A stretch of DNA of 64,000 bases, taken from assembly GCA_051294375.1 (NCBI GenBank), contig CM119264.1, positions 360,726 to 424,725 of the forward strand, given 5' to 3'. The stretch comes from Paraspadella gotoi. Lineage: Eukaryota > Animalia > Chaetognatha. Below, one piece after another: positions 50,528-64,000 of the stretch; position 1 is the stretch's first letter; the number at the start of each line of letters is the position of its first letter. The position numbers were made by a program, and so were the translations under genes. Under the pieces are notes generated by a model that was not told the origin of the DNA, ran no database searches, and worked only from the letters and a program-made list of their open reading frames with translations.

Positions 50528-50608
50528 CTTAAATTTAAAGAAAAGTTTTTTTTAAATTTAAAGAAAAGTTTTTAAATTTAAAGAAAAGTTTTTAAATTTA
50601 AAGAAAAA
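50528..50608. repeat. Approximately 20-bp AT-rich tandem repeat (tttttaaatttaaagaaaag)
   Basis: 4 units. Confidence 0.85.
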
Positions 50609-50961
50609 GGTCAGAAACTTGGTTATCGCTCAGGATTAGGGAAAACAATTTAGGGTTTCGGGTCAGAGATGAGGTTTTTGGGTGAAGTTTTTGGTATAAC
50701 ATTTATTAAATATTTGGGTTGAAATTAAGTTCAGGGATTAAGAACAGACCTTACCTCTGATCTTTCCCTTACCCTCTTTCTCAATTTTTTGTCAATTAAT
50801 GTTTTATCAAAACTAAAAAAAAATATTTAAAAACAATTAACAAATTAAAAATCATTTGCGTAAATCATTTCCGAAGATAAAAACTTCAATTTCTCTCGCG
50901 CACTTAATTACCGAATGTCGTGTCCTATGACACAAATCGTTAACTTAACCTTTTGTACCAT

Positions 50962-51011
<50 letters not shown>

Positions 51012-51134
51012 CTCTCCTTCTCCCTCTCCCTCTCTCTCCTCTCTCTCTTCCTCCACTTTTCATGGTCGAATAGATGCTTCTTTTCTCTTCTCATATCTTT
51101 GCGAATTCATCTCGAAAAGCTTTTTGCTCTCTTC

Positions 51135-51186
<52 letters not shown>

Positions 51187-51310
51187 TCTCTCTCTCTCTC
51201 TCTCTCTCTCCGTTTTGGGGAAAAAGCGAAAATTTTATTCGGGCGATTGACTTTTTTCGTGTCTCTTTGGCGGAAAAGAGAGCAAAAGAGGAGGAAAAAG
51301 AGGAAAAAGA

Positions 51311-51349
<39 letters not shown>

Positions 51350-51548
51350 AGAAGAGAGAAAGAGAGAAAGAAAGAAAGAGAGAGAGAGAGAGAAAAGAGA
51401 GAGAGAGACAACCCGACGGCTAGATTGTGTTGTGTCCCCGTTAAAAGTCCAAACAGGCCGAAGGAACGAGGCTCGCCTCTCCGATCATCCTATAACACGA
51501 AATCAACATTCCGTCTGAAAAGAGAATGATAGAGAGGGAGAGGAAGAA

Positions 51549-51615
<67 letters not shown>

Positions 51616-53289
51616 ATCTAAGAAAGAGAAGTGACCATAGAAAAATGTGAAAAGAATAATGAAAAAGATGAGTAGAAATCAAAGAGACAAAAAAAGAAAA
51701 AGAAAAAAAATAAGAATCTTAAATAAAAGCTAAGGAATAAAGAGAGACCAATGAGAAAAGAGAACGGAAAGAAGAACCAATGAGAAAGGAGAACGGATAG
51801 GAGAACCAAAGACAAAAGAGAATGAAAGGTAAAGCCAATGGAGTAGGAGAACGGAAAGGAGAACCGAAGGGAAAGTAGAACAAAAAGGAAAATCAATGCA
51901 AAAGGAGAATGAAAAGGAGAAGAAATTGGAATGGAGAATGAAAAGGAGAACCTCCTACAGGAAAAGGAGAACCGATGACGGTCAAAAATTGAGGTCAAAA
52001 GATGAGGAATGTTTTGAGACGAATGACGGAAGGAATGACCCAGAAAAATCGTTGAGGTAAGTTTGGACGAAATAAAAAGGTAAGTAAGGAATGACTCAAA
52101 CGAGGTGATATTTGGGCCTTATTTTCGGAGAACCCCCCATTATATCCGTAATTAGGAATCGAGGTTAGGGTTTAGAATTAGGTTATGGAAAATTCTAAAT
52201 GTTAATTATAAATAGCATATCATCAGTGAACATTAATTTGTAAAAAAAAATTATTTTATGTTTTTTTAATTTTCGCATTAAGCTATGTATGTAGTATGTA
52301 GTATGTAGTATCATTATAAAATCGAAAAATTAAAAAATAGGATTTTTAAATATGGATTACAGATTTGAATTCCTCGTCAAAAGTTATTAAGAAAAAATAT
52401 AAAACTTTTTTAAAAATTATTTTATTAAATGGGTAAAAAATTATAAAAACTATAATTAATATACAAAAATTTAATTTTCAGCTTAAAATATAGGTTTTTC
52501 TGTTATTTGACAAATTTAATAAAATAATTTTTTTAAAAAAAGTTATATGTCTTTATATCATGACGAATCCAAATCTACAAAAAAATTTTATAAAAACTAT
52601 TTTAAATTTTTTCCATTTATTAGAATAATACAATGTATAAATATTGCCTAATGCATAAATTGTAAAATTTATAATACAATTTTTTTATACAGAAATATTT
52701 ATTAGTATAATATTATTCGTTCCTCTCTTTTAAAATTTTAATTAAAATTAAATTTATAATTTTTACTACGCTTTAATGATGAATTCATTAAGGCCCAAAA
52801 GTTAATACTAAAGACCTATTAGAATTATGTAAAAATTGATTGATCTAAAAATGCCAGATAGCGGGATATAAAATGAGCTATAGTTTAAGTATCTAGGGTG
52901 AAGGGACCCTGTGATTTCGCCATAAGAAATGTTACAATTTAAAAAAAAATACTATAATTTAATCACTATCACTAATCACTAACCCTAATCTCTAGTAAAA
53001 CTATTTATCCTTATCATCTAACGTTAACCAAATCCTTAATTAAAATTCTTAACCTTAATCTTTAAACTTACTTAATTTTTCATTCAAACTGAAATGGTTC
53101 GCTTTTGAAAATTATGTCCGGAGCAAAGAACGTGGCTGTCACTGGAAGTCGATGAAGAGGTTTTTGTCCGAAGGAATGAAAAGGGAGAGAGGAGAACAAG
53201 GCGGAGGAAGGAAGAGGAGGAGGAAGAGGAAGAAGAGGAGGACGACAACGACAAAAACGACGAAAACGTTTAAAAACAATCAACTGCGT

Positions 53290-53990
53290 TATCGACGACA
53301 GCCACAACGAGAATTATGACGACCACAATGATGACAACAACAATGGTCACGACCACAACGATGATGACCAAAACAATGACGACCACAATGATCACGACCA
53401 CAACGATGATGACCACACTGATGACGACCACAACGATGATGACCAAAACAATGACGACCACATTGGTCGCGACCACAACGATGATGACCAAAACAATGAT
53501 GACCACAATGATGATGACTACAATGATGATGACCACAACAATNNNNNNNNNNAACATGGACGACCACTTTGATGACGACCAAAACAATGATGACTACAAT
53601 GATAACAACCACAAAAACGACGACCACAATGATGATGACCACAACGACGATGACCAAAACAATGACGACCACAATGACGACGATCACAATGAGGACGACC
53701 ACAATGATGTTGACCAAAACTGACGACCACAATGATGACGACCACAACGACGATGACCACAACGAGGCCAACCATAACAATGGTGATAAAAACAATGACG
53801 ACCACAACGACGATAACGACAATGAAGAGGAATCGGTCTCTATTTTTAACGATTCATTTAATCGCTGTTTCAATTTGGGGAAGGACAAGGACGACGGCGA
53901 TTATGACGACTAAACAAGGACAACGAAAACAACGACAACAACGACGAAAACGACGACAACAACAACGACGACAACAACGACGACATCACC
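53290..53990. repeat. Compound GAC/GAT/AAC trinucleotide-based satellite (gaccacaatgatgat)
   Basis: Produces poly-T/M, poly-V/I and poly-D/N ORFs in all frames. A similar tract is at 33905-34060. Confidence 0.9.
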
Positions 53991-54109
53991 AATGAGACGA
54001 AACGGAGGTGAGGATCAATGATCCGTTGATTCTCCTCGAGGCAAAGATTTCATGGCGCAGATATTTTATGTGGCGATCAATCAGAATCTCTTTTCTCTTT
54101 TCTTCGCAA

Positions 54110-54432
54110 TCTGCACGCTTGCCCTCACATTTACCCTCACACTTGCTCGCACACTTGCCCTCATACTTGCCCGCGAACATGCACTCAAAATTACACTCAC
54201 ACTTGCCTTCATACTTGCCACCAAAGTTACTGTTTCCCACATAATGCTCTTAGGCTTGTCCTTAGACTCGCCCTTACCTTGCTCTTTGGCTTGTCTTCAG
54301 ACTTGCCCATACCTTGCTTTTAAACTTGTCTTCAGACTCGCCCTTCCCTTGCTCTTAGGCTTGTCCTAAGACCCGCCCTTACTTTGCTCTTAGGCTTGTG
54401 CTCAGACTTGCCCTTACCTTGCTCTTAGGCTT
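54110..54432. repeat. 12-bp (cacttgccctca) then approximately 33-bp (gctcttaggcttgtcttagactcgcccttacctt) minisatellites
   Basis: Tandem units are directly visible. Confidence 0.8.
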
Positions 54433-55311
54433 CTTTCTTTTTAGTTTCTTTCGTTTTTTCTCCTATACCCATGNNNNNNNNNNNNNNNNNNNNNNNNNNN
54501 NNNNNNNNNNNNNNNNNNNNNNNNNNNNNNNNNNNNNNNNNNNNNNNNNNNNNNNNNNNNNNNNNNNNNNNNNNNNNNNNNNNNNNNNNNNNNNNNNNNN
54601 NNNNNNNNNNNNNNNNNNNNNNNNNNNNNNNNNNNNNNNNNNNNNNNNNNNNNNNNNNNNNNNNNNNNNNNNNNNNNNNNNNNNNNNNNNNNNNNNNNNN
54701 NNNNNNNNNNNNNNNNNNNNNNNNNNNNNNNNNNNNNNNNNNNNNNNNNNNNNNNNNNNNNNNNNNNNNNNNNNNNNNNNNNNNNNNNNNNNNNNNNNNN
54801 NNNNNNNNNNNNNNNNNNNNNNNNNNNNNNNNNNNNNNNNNNNNNNNNNNNNNNNNNNNNNNNNNNNNNNNNNNNNNNNNNNNNNNNNNNNNNNGAAAGA
54901 GAGTTCCTCTGGGATGGTCATAAAGAAAGAGAGAGAGAGAGAGATAGAGACAGACAGAGAGAGAGAGAGAAAGTCACTGCACCCAAATGTCAAATCAGCG
55001 AGAGAAAAGCAAAATGACGTCGTCTTTATGACCAGAGGAACTCTCTCTTTCTCTGTCTCTCTCTCCTTCTCTGTCTCTCTCTCTTTCTCAAATATTATGA
55101 AACAAATAAAGCAAATAAAGAAATCGCTGCAAATTTATTCTTTTTCCCCCAACAGAGCAATAACTTTTGAGCAATGAAATTATTGCAGCGACCAACTGAG
55201 AAAAACTCTGAAGTTGCAACTTCGACCAGATGGAAGAATTTCTTGAATCTGCAATAAAGAAAAGATTTCTTTGAAGCGAGAACAAAAAGAGAAGAGGTTT
55301 TAACCTGTTTA

Positions 55312-55500
55312 CCTCTCCTTCTCTTTCCTTCCTATCTCCTTCTCTTTCCTTTTTATCTCCTTCTCTTTCCTTTCTATCTCCTTCTCTTTCCTTTCTATCT
55401 CCTTCTCTTTCCTTCCTATCTCCTTCTCTTTCCTTCCTATCTCCTTCTTTTTCCTTTCTATCTCCTTCTCTTTCCTTCCTATCTCCTTCTCATTCCTTCC
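55312..55500. repeat. 21-bp pyrimidine minisatellite (tatctccttctctttcctttc)
   Basis: About 9 units. Confidence 0.9.
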
Positions 55501-55905
55501 TACCTTTGTTTTCCCCCTCTCTTCCTCCCTCTCTCTCCTTCTCTTCCTCCTCTCTCTCTCTCTCTTTCTATTCCCTTCCTCCCTCTTACTATCTCACTCC
55601 ATCTCTTCCTCTTTCTCTCTCCTTCTCCCTCCCTTTCTCCCTCTCTCTCCCACTCTCGTCCTCCTCCTTCTCTCCTTCCGCTGTCCCTCACTTTATTTCT
55701 TCACCCTGTCTCTCATTTTTTCTCCCTCCCTCTCTTTTCCTCTTTTCCTTTCTCATTATCTCTCTTACCCTCTCTCCCTCCCTCCCTCTCCCTCCCTCTC
55801 CTTCCCTCTCTCTCCCTCTCTCTTCTTCTCTTTCTCTCCTTTACTCCTCTGAATCTGCCGCCTCGAGGCGCATTATTTACGCTCGGGAAAGCGAGAACCA
55901 GATGA

Positions 55906-55906
55906 T

Positions 55907-55951
<45 letters not shown>

Positions 55952-55958
55952 GCGAGGC
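55906..55958. repeat. (GGC)n microsatellite
   Basis: About 14 perfect units. A noisy copy is at 58868-58928. Confidence 0.95.
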
Positions 55959-55995
55959 TAGGGGGAGAGAAAGAGGGATAAAAGAAACAGAGAGA

Positions 55996-56040
<45 letters not shown>

Positions 56041-56213
56041 TGACAGAGAGAAAGAGAGGGAGAGGGAGTGACATATGAATGGGGAGAGAGACAGATGGAA
56101 AGAAAAAAGGATACTGTAGTAAGAGATTGATGAGATTAGTGATTAATAGTATGAGGACTAAGATAGAAAGAGATAAAGAAAAGGAGATAGAAAGAGAACT
56201 AGAAAATAAAGAC

Positions 56214-56247
<34 letters not shown>

Positions 56248-56539
56248 NNNNNNNNNNNNNNNNNNNNNNNNNNNNNNNNNNNNNNNNNNNNNNNNNNNNN
56301 NNNNNNNNNNNNNNNNNNNNNNNNNNNNNNNNNNNNNNNNNNNNNNNNNNNNNNNGATCTCGCATAAAGTCAAAATCAAGTCTTGACGATCTTCGAGAGC
56401 TAAAAATAGACCCTCGTCGGTCAAAGAGAATTTCTTTGTCGGTCAAAGTCGCCGACAAATTCTATTTTGTCGCCCAAAACTTCTGGCCATCTCATCAAGG
56501 GGCCTCTTTTGCATCTTCCTCCCTCTCTCCTCCTCCTCC

Positions 56540-58893
56540 TAATATGAGAGAGATTGAACTGGATTCATTAATCGGCTTGGTTGTCAATTTTGGGGAAGGA
56601 CAGAGGACGACGGCGATTATGACGACGTAACGAAGGAACAGACAGAACAACGACAACAAGCGACGACACAACGACGAAGAACACGACACACAGCGAGCGA
56701 CATAGCAACGGACGGACAGATCAGGACCAATGAGGTGACGGAAACGGAGGTGATGGATCATGAGTCCTGGTGATTCGTCTTGCACTCGGAGGCAGAAGAG
56801 TTCCAGTGGCGAGCAGATATGTTATTGTTGTGGCGATGCAGATCATGAATCCTGTTGTCGTCTTTGTCTTAGGTCGGAATGCGTTGCAACGCTGTGCCCT
56901 CTACGATTACCCTCGAACTTGCTGCGCGACACGTCGCCGCTCATACTTGCCGGCGAACGATGCACTGCAGAGATATTACAGCCACACTGCCTTCGAAACT
57001 TGCCACCTAAAAGTTACTGTTTTCCTCACATAATGCTGGCTTGAGCTTGCGCTTAGATGCTGCTGCCCTGTACCGGGTTGGCTCTTGTGGCTTGCTTCAG
57101 ACTTGCCCATTACCGTTGCTTTTAACTGTGTCTTCAGACTCGCCCGTTCCGTGCTTCGTAGCTTGTCCTAGACCGCGCCCTGTAGGTTGTCTCTTAGCTT
57201 GTCTCAACGTGTGCCCGATGTACCTTGCTCGTTGAGCTTCGGCGTTTCTTTTTATGGGTTTCGTTTCGTTGGGTTTCGTCCTATATCCTCGATGCTCTCT
57301 CTCTTCTCTCTTCTTCTGTCCCTCTCTCTCTATCCTCTCTCTCTCTCTCTATCTCGTCTCGATCTCGTCTCATCTCTCCTCTCTTATCTACTATCTGTGC
57401 TCAAAAGAGAACTCCCTATTTCCCCAGTTGGCTCGTGCATACTGTGTCAAGATGGATTCTCATATAAACGTAATGCCATTTGATGTTGTTTTTCTCCCTT
57501 TTCTGTCCTTTCTCTTCTCTCTTCTCTCTCCTCCATCTTCTTATTCTCTCTCTCTCTATCTCGTATCTCTGGTCGACACAGAATTTCCTGCTTCTAGTCT
57601 AAATCGAGCGTCGAGCGTCAAACTAGACCAAAGAGAAAAATTACAGGATCAATGTGTGTTGGGAAGAGAGAGAGAGAGAGAGAAGAGAGAGAGGAGATGA
57701 GAGGTAGAGAGAGATGAGAGAGAGAGAGAGAGAGAGAAAGAGAAGTTCCCTCTTGGGATGGTCATAAAGGAAGCAGAGAGAGAGAGAGAGATAGAGACAC
57801 GACATGAGAGAGAGAGGTAGAAGTCACTTGGCTCCCAAATGTCAAAATCAGCGAGAGAAAAGCAAAATGCGTCGTCTTTATGACCAGAGGAACTCTCGCT
57901 TTCTCTGGTCTCGTCTCTCCTTCTCGATGTCCTCTCTCTCCTTCTCGTCTCTCTCTCTCTTTCTCAAATATTGTAGTGAAACAAATAAAGGCATAATATA
58001 ATGAAATCGCTGCAAATTATTCTTTTCCCTCCCAACAGAGGGTCAACTAACTTTTAGTAGCAATTGAAATTATGCAAGCGACCAACTGAGAAAAGAACTC
58101 TGTAAAGAGTTGCAACGTATCGACCAGATGGAAGAATTTCTTGAATCTGGCAATAAAGAAAAGATTTTCTTTGAAAGCGAAGAACAAAAAAGTAAGGTTT
58201 TAACCTGTTTATCCTCTCCTTCTCTTTCCATTCCTAAATTCTCCTTACTCTTTCCTTTTTATCTCCTTGCTCTTTCCCTTTCTATTCTCCTCTGCTTTCC
58301 CTTTCTATCTCTCTTCTCTTTCCTTCCTATCATCCTTCTGTTTCCTTCAGCTATGCAATCCTTCTTTTTTCCTTTGCTAATCTTTCCCTTCTCATTTCCT
58401 CCTATCTCCTTCTCATTCCTCCTATCCCTTTTGTTTCTCTCCTCTCTTCCTCCTCTCTCGCCTTCTCTCCTCCTCTCTCTCTCTCTCTTTCTATTTCCTT
58501 CTCCTCTTTACTATCTCAACTCCATCTCTTCCTCTTTTCTCCTGCGTCTCTTTCTCGTCTCCCTTTCTCCCACTCTCTTCGCGCACTCTCGTCCTCACTC
58601 TCTCTCTTCCGCCTCGTCCGCATCTTTATTTCTACTACCGCTGTCTCTCGATCCTTTTTTCTCGCTCCCTCTCTTTTCCTCTTTCCTTTCTACAGTTACT
58701 CCTTCTCTTACCCTCTCTCCCTCCTCGCCATCTCATCCTCCCTCTCCTTACCTCTCTCTTCTCCTCTCTCTTCTTCTGTCTTCATTCGTCCTGACTCCTC
58801 TGAAACTGCCTCCTGCGAGCGCGCATTATTTACGATCGAGGTAGGAAAGCGAGACACCATGATGATAGCGGCGGCGGCGGCGGCAGGCGGCGC

Positions 58894-58929
<36 letters not shown>

Positions 58930-59246
58930 AGGCTAGGGGGAGAGAAAGAGGGATAAAAGAAACAGAGAGAGAGAGAGAGACAGAGAGGAGAGAAGAGAGA
59001 GAAAGAGAAGAGATGTGACAGAGAGAAAGAAGGGAGCAGGGATAGTGACATATGAATGGGGAGATGAGTACAAGATGGATAAGAAAAAAAGATACATATA
59101 GATTGATGAGATTTTATGTGAATTAATAGTAGATGAGGACTAAGATAGAAAAGAGATAGTATAGAAAAGGAGTTATAGAAAATGAGGGAGACGTAGAAAA
59201 TAAAGAGCGGTGAGAGAGAGAGAAGAGAGAGAGAGATGAGAGAGAG

Positions 59247-59279
<33 letters not shown>

Positions 59280-59490
59280 GAGACGAGAGAGATTAGCATA
59301 GAGAGAGATCTCGCATAAAGTCTAAAGTATCAGTAAGTCGTTGACGTATCTTCGAGAAGCTAAAAATAGACCCTCGTCGGTCAAAAGAATTTCTTTGGTC
59401 GGTCAAAGTCCCGACAAATGTCCTATTTTGTCGGCCTTCAGATAACCTTCTGGCCATCTTCATCAAGGCCTCTTTTTGCGATCTTACTCC
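56540..59490 (+). repeat. Noisy tandem duplicate of 53820-56520
   Basis: Collinear anchors (ggacgacggcgattatgacgac, gaccagaggaactc, cgaccagatggaagaatttcttgaatctg, aaaatagaccctcgtcggtcaaa) with an excess of insertions. Confidence 0.85.
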
Positions 59491-61445
59491 CTCTCTCCTG
59501 CCTCCTTCTTCTCGTTCCTTGACTATTTACCATTCTCCTCCTCATCTTTCCTCCTTTTAATCTTCCTCCTGTCTTCTTTCCTCTGTCTCCTCGCTCTTCT
59601 TTCTCTTCCCATCCTCCTGCACTCCCTTATTCTCTTCTTCTTTCTTCCTTCTCTCTTTTCTCTCCTTCCTGTCTTCTCCTCCTACCCTCTTCCTTCCTCC
59701 GCAACCTCGCTCTCTCCTCACTTCTCCCCTCTTCTCTCCTCCCGCTTTTTCTCCTCTCATTCCTCCTCCCCTTTTCTCTCCTCTTCTATTCTTCCACTCC
59801 CATTTTTCTCACTCGCGTCCTCTTACCTCCTCCCTCTTTTCTTTTCTTCTCCTCTTCCTCCTCCCCTTTTTTGTCCTCTTTCTCTTCCTGCCTCCCCTTT
59901 TTCTTCTCTCTCCTGCTTACCTCCCCCCTTGTTTCCCTGCCTCCTCTTACGTTCCTCCCGCTTTGTTTCTCTCCTCCTCTTCCTCCTCTCCTCTTTTCTT
60001 CACCTCCTCCCTTCTCCTCCCCTTTTCTTCTCCTCCTCTGTCCTCCTCCCTACTTTTTCTCTCATACCTTCTCCTCGCTTGCCCCTTTTTCTCCTCCTCC
60101 TGCTTTCTTCCTCCCTTTTTCTTCGCCTCCTCTTCCTGCTCTCATTTCTTCTCCTCCTCATTCCTCCTTCCTTTCCTTCGTTCTCCTCTTCCTCTCCCTT
60201 TTCTCCCCTAATTCTTCCTACCCTTTGTTCTTCTCCTCCTCTTCCTCCTCCCCTTTTTTCTTCTCATCCTCTTCCTATTCTCATCCTCTCCCTTTTTTCT
60301 TCTCCTGCCTCTTCCTTCCTCCCCTTTTTCTCTCTCCTCCTCTCTCCTCCCTTTTTTCTCACTCCTCCTCTTCTTCGCTCCCCCTTTCCTTCTCCTCCTC
60401 TTCCTCCTCCCTTTTTCTTCTCCCTCCTCTTCCTCCTCCCTGTTTTCTTCTCCTCCTCTTCCTCCTCTCCCTTAGGTTTCTCCTCCTCTATCTCTTCCTC
60501 CTTCCCTTTTTCTCCCCCTACTGCTTCTCCTCTCCTTTGTTCTCTCCTTCCTCGTTTCCTCCTCCCCTTTTTCTTCTCCTCCTACTTCCTTCCTCCCTTT
60601 TGTTTTACTTTCTTCCTCCTCTTCCTTCCTCCCCTTTTTTCTCCTTCCTCTTCCTCCTTCCCTTTTCTCCCCCCTCTTCCTCCCCTTTTTTACTCCTCCT
60701 CCTCTTTCCTCCTCCCCTTTTTCTCTCCTCCTCTTCCTCTTCCTTCTCCCCTTTTTCTCTAACCCCTCCTCTTACCTCCTCTCCTTTTTCTCCCCCTCCT
60801 CTTCCCCTCCCCTTTTTCTCCTCCTCCATCTTCCTCTCCCCTTTTTCTTTCTCCTCCTCTTCCTCTCTCCCTTTTATTCTTCATCCAGCCTCCTCTGTCC
60901 TCCCTCCCTTTTTTCTCCCTCTCCTCTTCCTCCTCCCCTTTTTCTCCATCCTCCTCTTCCTCCTCTCCTTTCTCCCTTCCTCACCTTCCTCTCCCCTTTT
61001 TCTCCTCCTCCTCTTTCCTCCTCCCTTTTTCTCCTCCTCCTCTGCTCCTCCCCTTTTTCTCCCCCTACCTCTTCCTCCCCCCTTTTTTCCCCTCTCCTCT
61101 TCCTCCTCCCTTTTCTCTTCTCCTCCTCTTCCTCCTCCCCTTTTTCTCTCTCCTCTCTCTTCCTCCTCCCCTTTTCTCCTCCCCCTCTACTCTTCCTCCT
61201 CTCCCTTTTTCTCCCCTCCTCTTGCCTTCCTCACCCTTTCTCCAGCCGCCTCCTCTTCCTCTCCCCTTTTCCCCTCCTTCCCTTCCTCCTCCCTTTTTCC
61301 CCTCCTCTTCCTCCTCCCCTTTCTCCTCTTCCTCCTCTCTCCCCCCTTTTCTCGCTCCTTCGCTCTTTCCTTCTCCCTTTTTCTCCTCTCTANNNNNNNN
61401 NNNNNNNNNNNNNNNNNCTCCTCTTCCTCCTCCCCTTTTTCTCCT
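59480..61445. repeat. Approximately 2-kb polypyrimidine/polypurine tract (cctcctcttcctcctcccttttttct-like units)
   Basis: Almost exclusively C and T on the + strand. Confidence 0.95.
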
Positions 61446-61504
61446 GTTCCAAACTCGTCGCGATAATTGGGTCGTTGGGACGGAATCGCTTTTCAGGCGG
61501 GACC

Positions 61505-61670
61505 GAACCGCACCGCACCGCACCGCACAGCACAGCACAGCAGAGCACAGCACAGCACAGCACAGCACCGCACAGCACAACGCAGCACATCACAGCACCG
61601 CACAGCACAACGCAGCACATCACAGCACCGAAGGGGACCGCACATCATTGCACAGCACCCTACAGCACCG
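61505..61670. repeat. (CCGCA/CAGCA)n pentanucleotide satellite
   Basis: Tandem pentamers with a 30-bp higher-order unit. Confidence 0.9.
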
Positions 61671-61840
61671 CCTGGGCAATCAGCACCCCCCTGCATCGTC
61701 CGCCACCTGTCGCCACCTGTTATTGTCACCCGTTATTGCAGGTGTTATTGCACCTGGGACCTCGCGTCGCCTCGTCAAGCGGATATTTGAATTTAGACTT
61801 GAATAGAGAAAAGAGAGGGAGAGGAAAGCGAGAGAGAGAG

Positions 61841-61880
<40 letters not shown>

Positions 61881-62250
61881 GCATAAGAAGGACATTCAAC
61901 CCGAGAGTTGTTATTGTTGTCGTTTTTTATTTTTTATTCTTTATTTAATAAATATAATAAATATCATTACCAATTTTTAAGTGTTCAAATTCGTATTGTA
62001 TTACAAACACTTCGTAAATTTAAATTTACTTTTAAATTTTATTAAAAAATTCAAGTATATAGGCTGATTTTTAAAGAGTGAAGCAAAGAGGCGCGATTAT
62101 TTTGCACATGACTGTATTTTTATATCGACATGATTGCAGACAAAAGTTGTTTCTGTCTTTGGGCAAAATTCCAATTGGATCCAAAGAGTCACAATAGAAT
62201 TGGATGCAGCTTTTGTTTTGCCCTGTTCCGCTCGGAGAGAGAGAGAGAGA

Positions 62251-62300
<50 letters not shown>

Positions 62301-62327
62301 CAATACGTGTTAATAAATAATAATGTT

Positions 62328-62364
62328 AATGATGATGATTATGATGATAATGATGATGATGATG

Positions 62365-62462
<98 letters not shown>

Positions 62463-62463
62463 G
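62328..62463. repeat. (GAT)n(TAT)n microsatellite
   Basis: Directly visible. Confidence 0.95.
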
Positions 62464-63344
62464 ACAAAAACGACGAAGACGACGACAAATAAGACGATAG
62501 ACTCGATACCAACCGACAATTAATTGACTCATTAACCGAAAGTGAAACGCAGAAACTAGNNNNNNNNNNNNNNNNNNNNNNNNNNNNNNNNNNNNNNNNN
62601 NNNNNNNNNNNNNNNNNNNNNNNNNNNNNNNNNNNNNNNNNNNNNNNNNNNNNNNNNNNNNNNNNNNNNNNNNNNNNNNNNNNNNNNNNNNNNNNNNNNN
62701 NNNNNNNNNNNNNNNNNNNNNNNNNNNNNNNNNNNNNNNNNNNNNNNNNNNNNNNNNNNNNNNNNNNNNNNNNNNNNNNCTGCTCGGGAGAAATCCGCGA
62801 ATCAATAGGACTACGTCCGTAGATCGTAGTCACGGACGGAAAATTCTTTTTACTTACTTTCTATGAAATATTTTTGTAATAGATTATTCTTATTTTTAAA
62901 TCTTTTCATGTTTTGTTCTTTATTATCTAAATAAAAAAAAGATATTTTTAAATACAAAACCAACCATTTGTGTGAACAACAATAAATAAATACAAAAAAA
63001 AAACTTGTATTAAAGAAGCGGAAGAAAAGGAAAAAAATGTTGATCCTGGAACTTCGTCTCGTGTTTCCTAACGTTTTGTGTTTACAACAAAGAAAAAATT
63101 AATGGGTGGGGAAAAAAAAAAAAAAAAAAAGAATCAAGGGTCCAAAAAAAAACAATAAAAAAAAAAAATAAAAAAAAAAACAAACATTCAAAAAAAACTA
63201 CGAAATCCATATTGCGAAGAAATAAGAATCGTAGGCGTCGCGACGAAAGATGAAAGATAGAAAGATGAAGAAGAAAGTGCGACTGAAGAACAAATAGAAA
63301 GATGAAGACAATTAAAAAAAAAAAAAAAAAAAAATATAATAAAG

Positions 63345-63393
<49 letters not shown>

Positions 63394-63565
63394 AAAAAAA
63401 AAAACATTTTTTAAAATCTAAATGCAAATAGGTGTTTTTTCAAAAAAAAATTTGTAATTATTCCTTATCGTGTATTTGGCAGTGCAATTTACTTATTTCT
63501 TCAATTTAATAAATTTAACTTTATTTTTATTCCCTTCTTTTTATTCTCATTCTTGGAAATTAAAG

Positions 63566-63775
63566 GACAGAAGAGCAGAAAGAGACGTCTCGTATCCGGC
63601 GACTTTCAGCTCCTTCGGCGTATCGCGGCACTCTGATCAGAAGCGAAGGAGGAGAAAATGACCCGTCGGGCTCAGGTTCGTCGAGTCAGGTCACGACCCT
63701 GAGCCCGCCGAACGGAGGAAGTTTGAGAACAATAGCCACGCAGGACCGGACAGACATCGGGCGGCAGGAAAACAA
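63566..63775 (+). CDS. Possible isolated internal exon of an unidentified gene
   Basis: GC-rich island after a pyrimidine tract and aag. One frame is open throughout (TEEQKETSRIRRLSAPSAYRGTLIRSEGGENDPSGSGSSSQVTTLSPPNGG...). Weak donor aa|gtatag. Confidence 0.35.
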
Positions 63776-64000
63776 GTATAGCCTCAGGAGAGAGAGAGAG
63801 AGAGAGAGGAGAGATAGAGAGGAGAGGGATGAGAGAGAGATGGAGACGAGAGAGATGATTTTTGATTTTGAAAAAAAGAAATGATAGGATTAAGAAAGAA
63901 GAAAGAAAGAAAGCTGAAAGAAATTTTTCTCTTCTTTTTTCCTTTTCTCCTTTTTCCCGCTTCGACGAGAAAAAAAAAATTGAAATTTAAAAATGTTTAA

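Noticed and set aside
53270-53995. Poly-T/M, poly-V/I and D/N/H-rich ORFs
   Set aside because: These are translations of a trinucleotide-based satellite that is open in several frames on both strands.
59476-61466. 428-aa and 531-aa ORFs
   Set aside because: C/T-only sequence lacks stop codons, so the S/P/L/F products are low-complexity artefacts.
61467-61948. HSTAQ-repeat and CCAVL-repeat proteins
   Set aside because: They are translations of the CAGCA pentanucleotide satellite.

Overview
This is AT-rich, microsatellite-rich eukaryotic (probably invertebrate animal) genomic DNA from a long-read gap-filled assembly. Many stretches carry raw-read-like indel noise, and several 25-N gaps flank duplicated sequence, so most reading frames outside 41-48 kb are broken. 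(1) 1-16.6 kb holds two copies of an ~8 kb mirror-symmetric element. It has near-identical 1.5-2 kb outer inverted repeats, diverged but still paralogous inner arms, intron-rich genes reading inward from both ends, and small K/R-rich ORFs reading outward from the centre. I see no recognisable transposase, integrase, polymerase or capsid. (2) 19.1-22.8 kb is a HINE/DINE-1-like (non-autonomous Helentron) element whose 18-bp satellite is interrupted by a compact cassette of small unknown ORFs continuous with the outer end of that element. (3) 41.1-47.4 kb is the only well-reconstructable host gene, with about 10 exons and an unusual ankyrin + 3 EGF-like + 11-aa repeat + TM + XK-related multipass architecture. 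Its ankyrin and first EGF exons are absent or incomplete in the ORF track. (4) The rest is more HINEs, a TGT..ACA MITE with a 4-bp TSD, a tRNA-Leu 3' half, telomere-like arrays, minisatellites, a 2-kb polypyrimidine tract and duplications that are probably assembly artefacts. All alignments were made by eye; no database searches were run.
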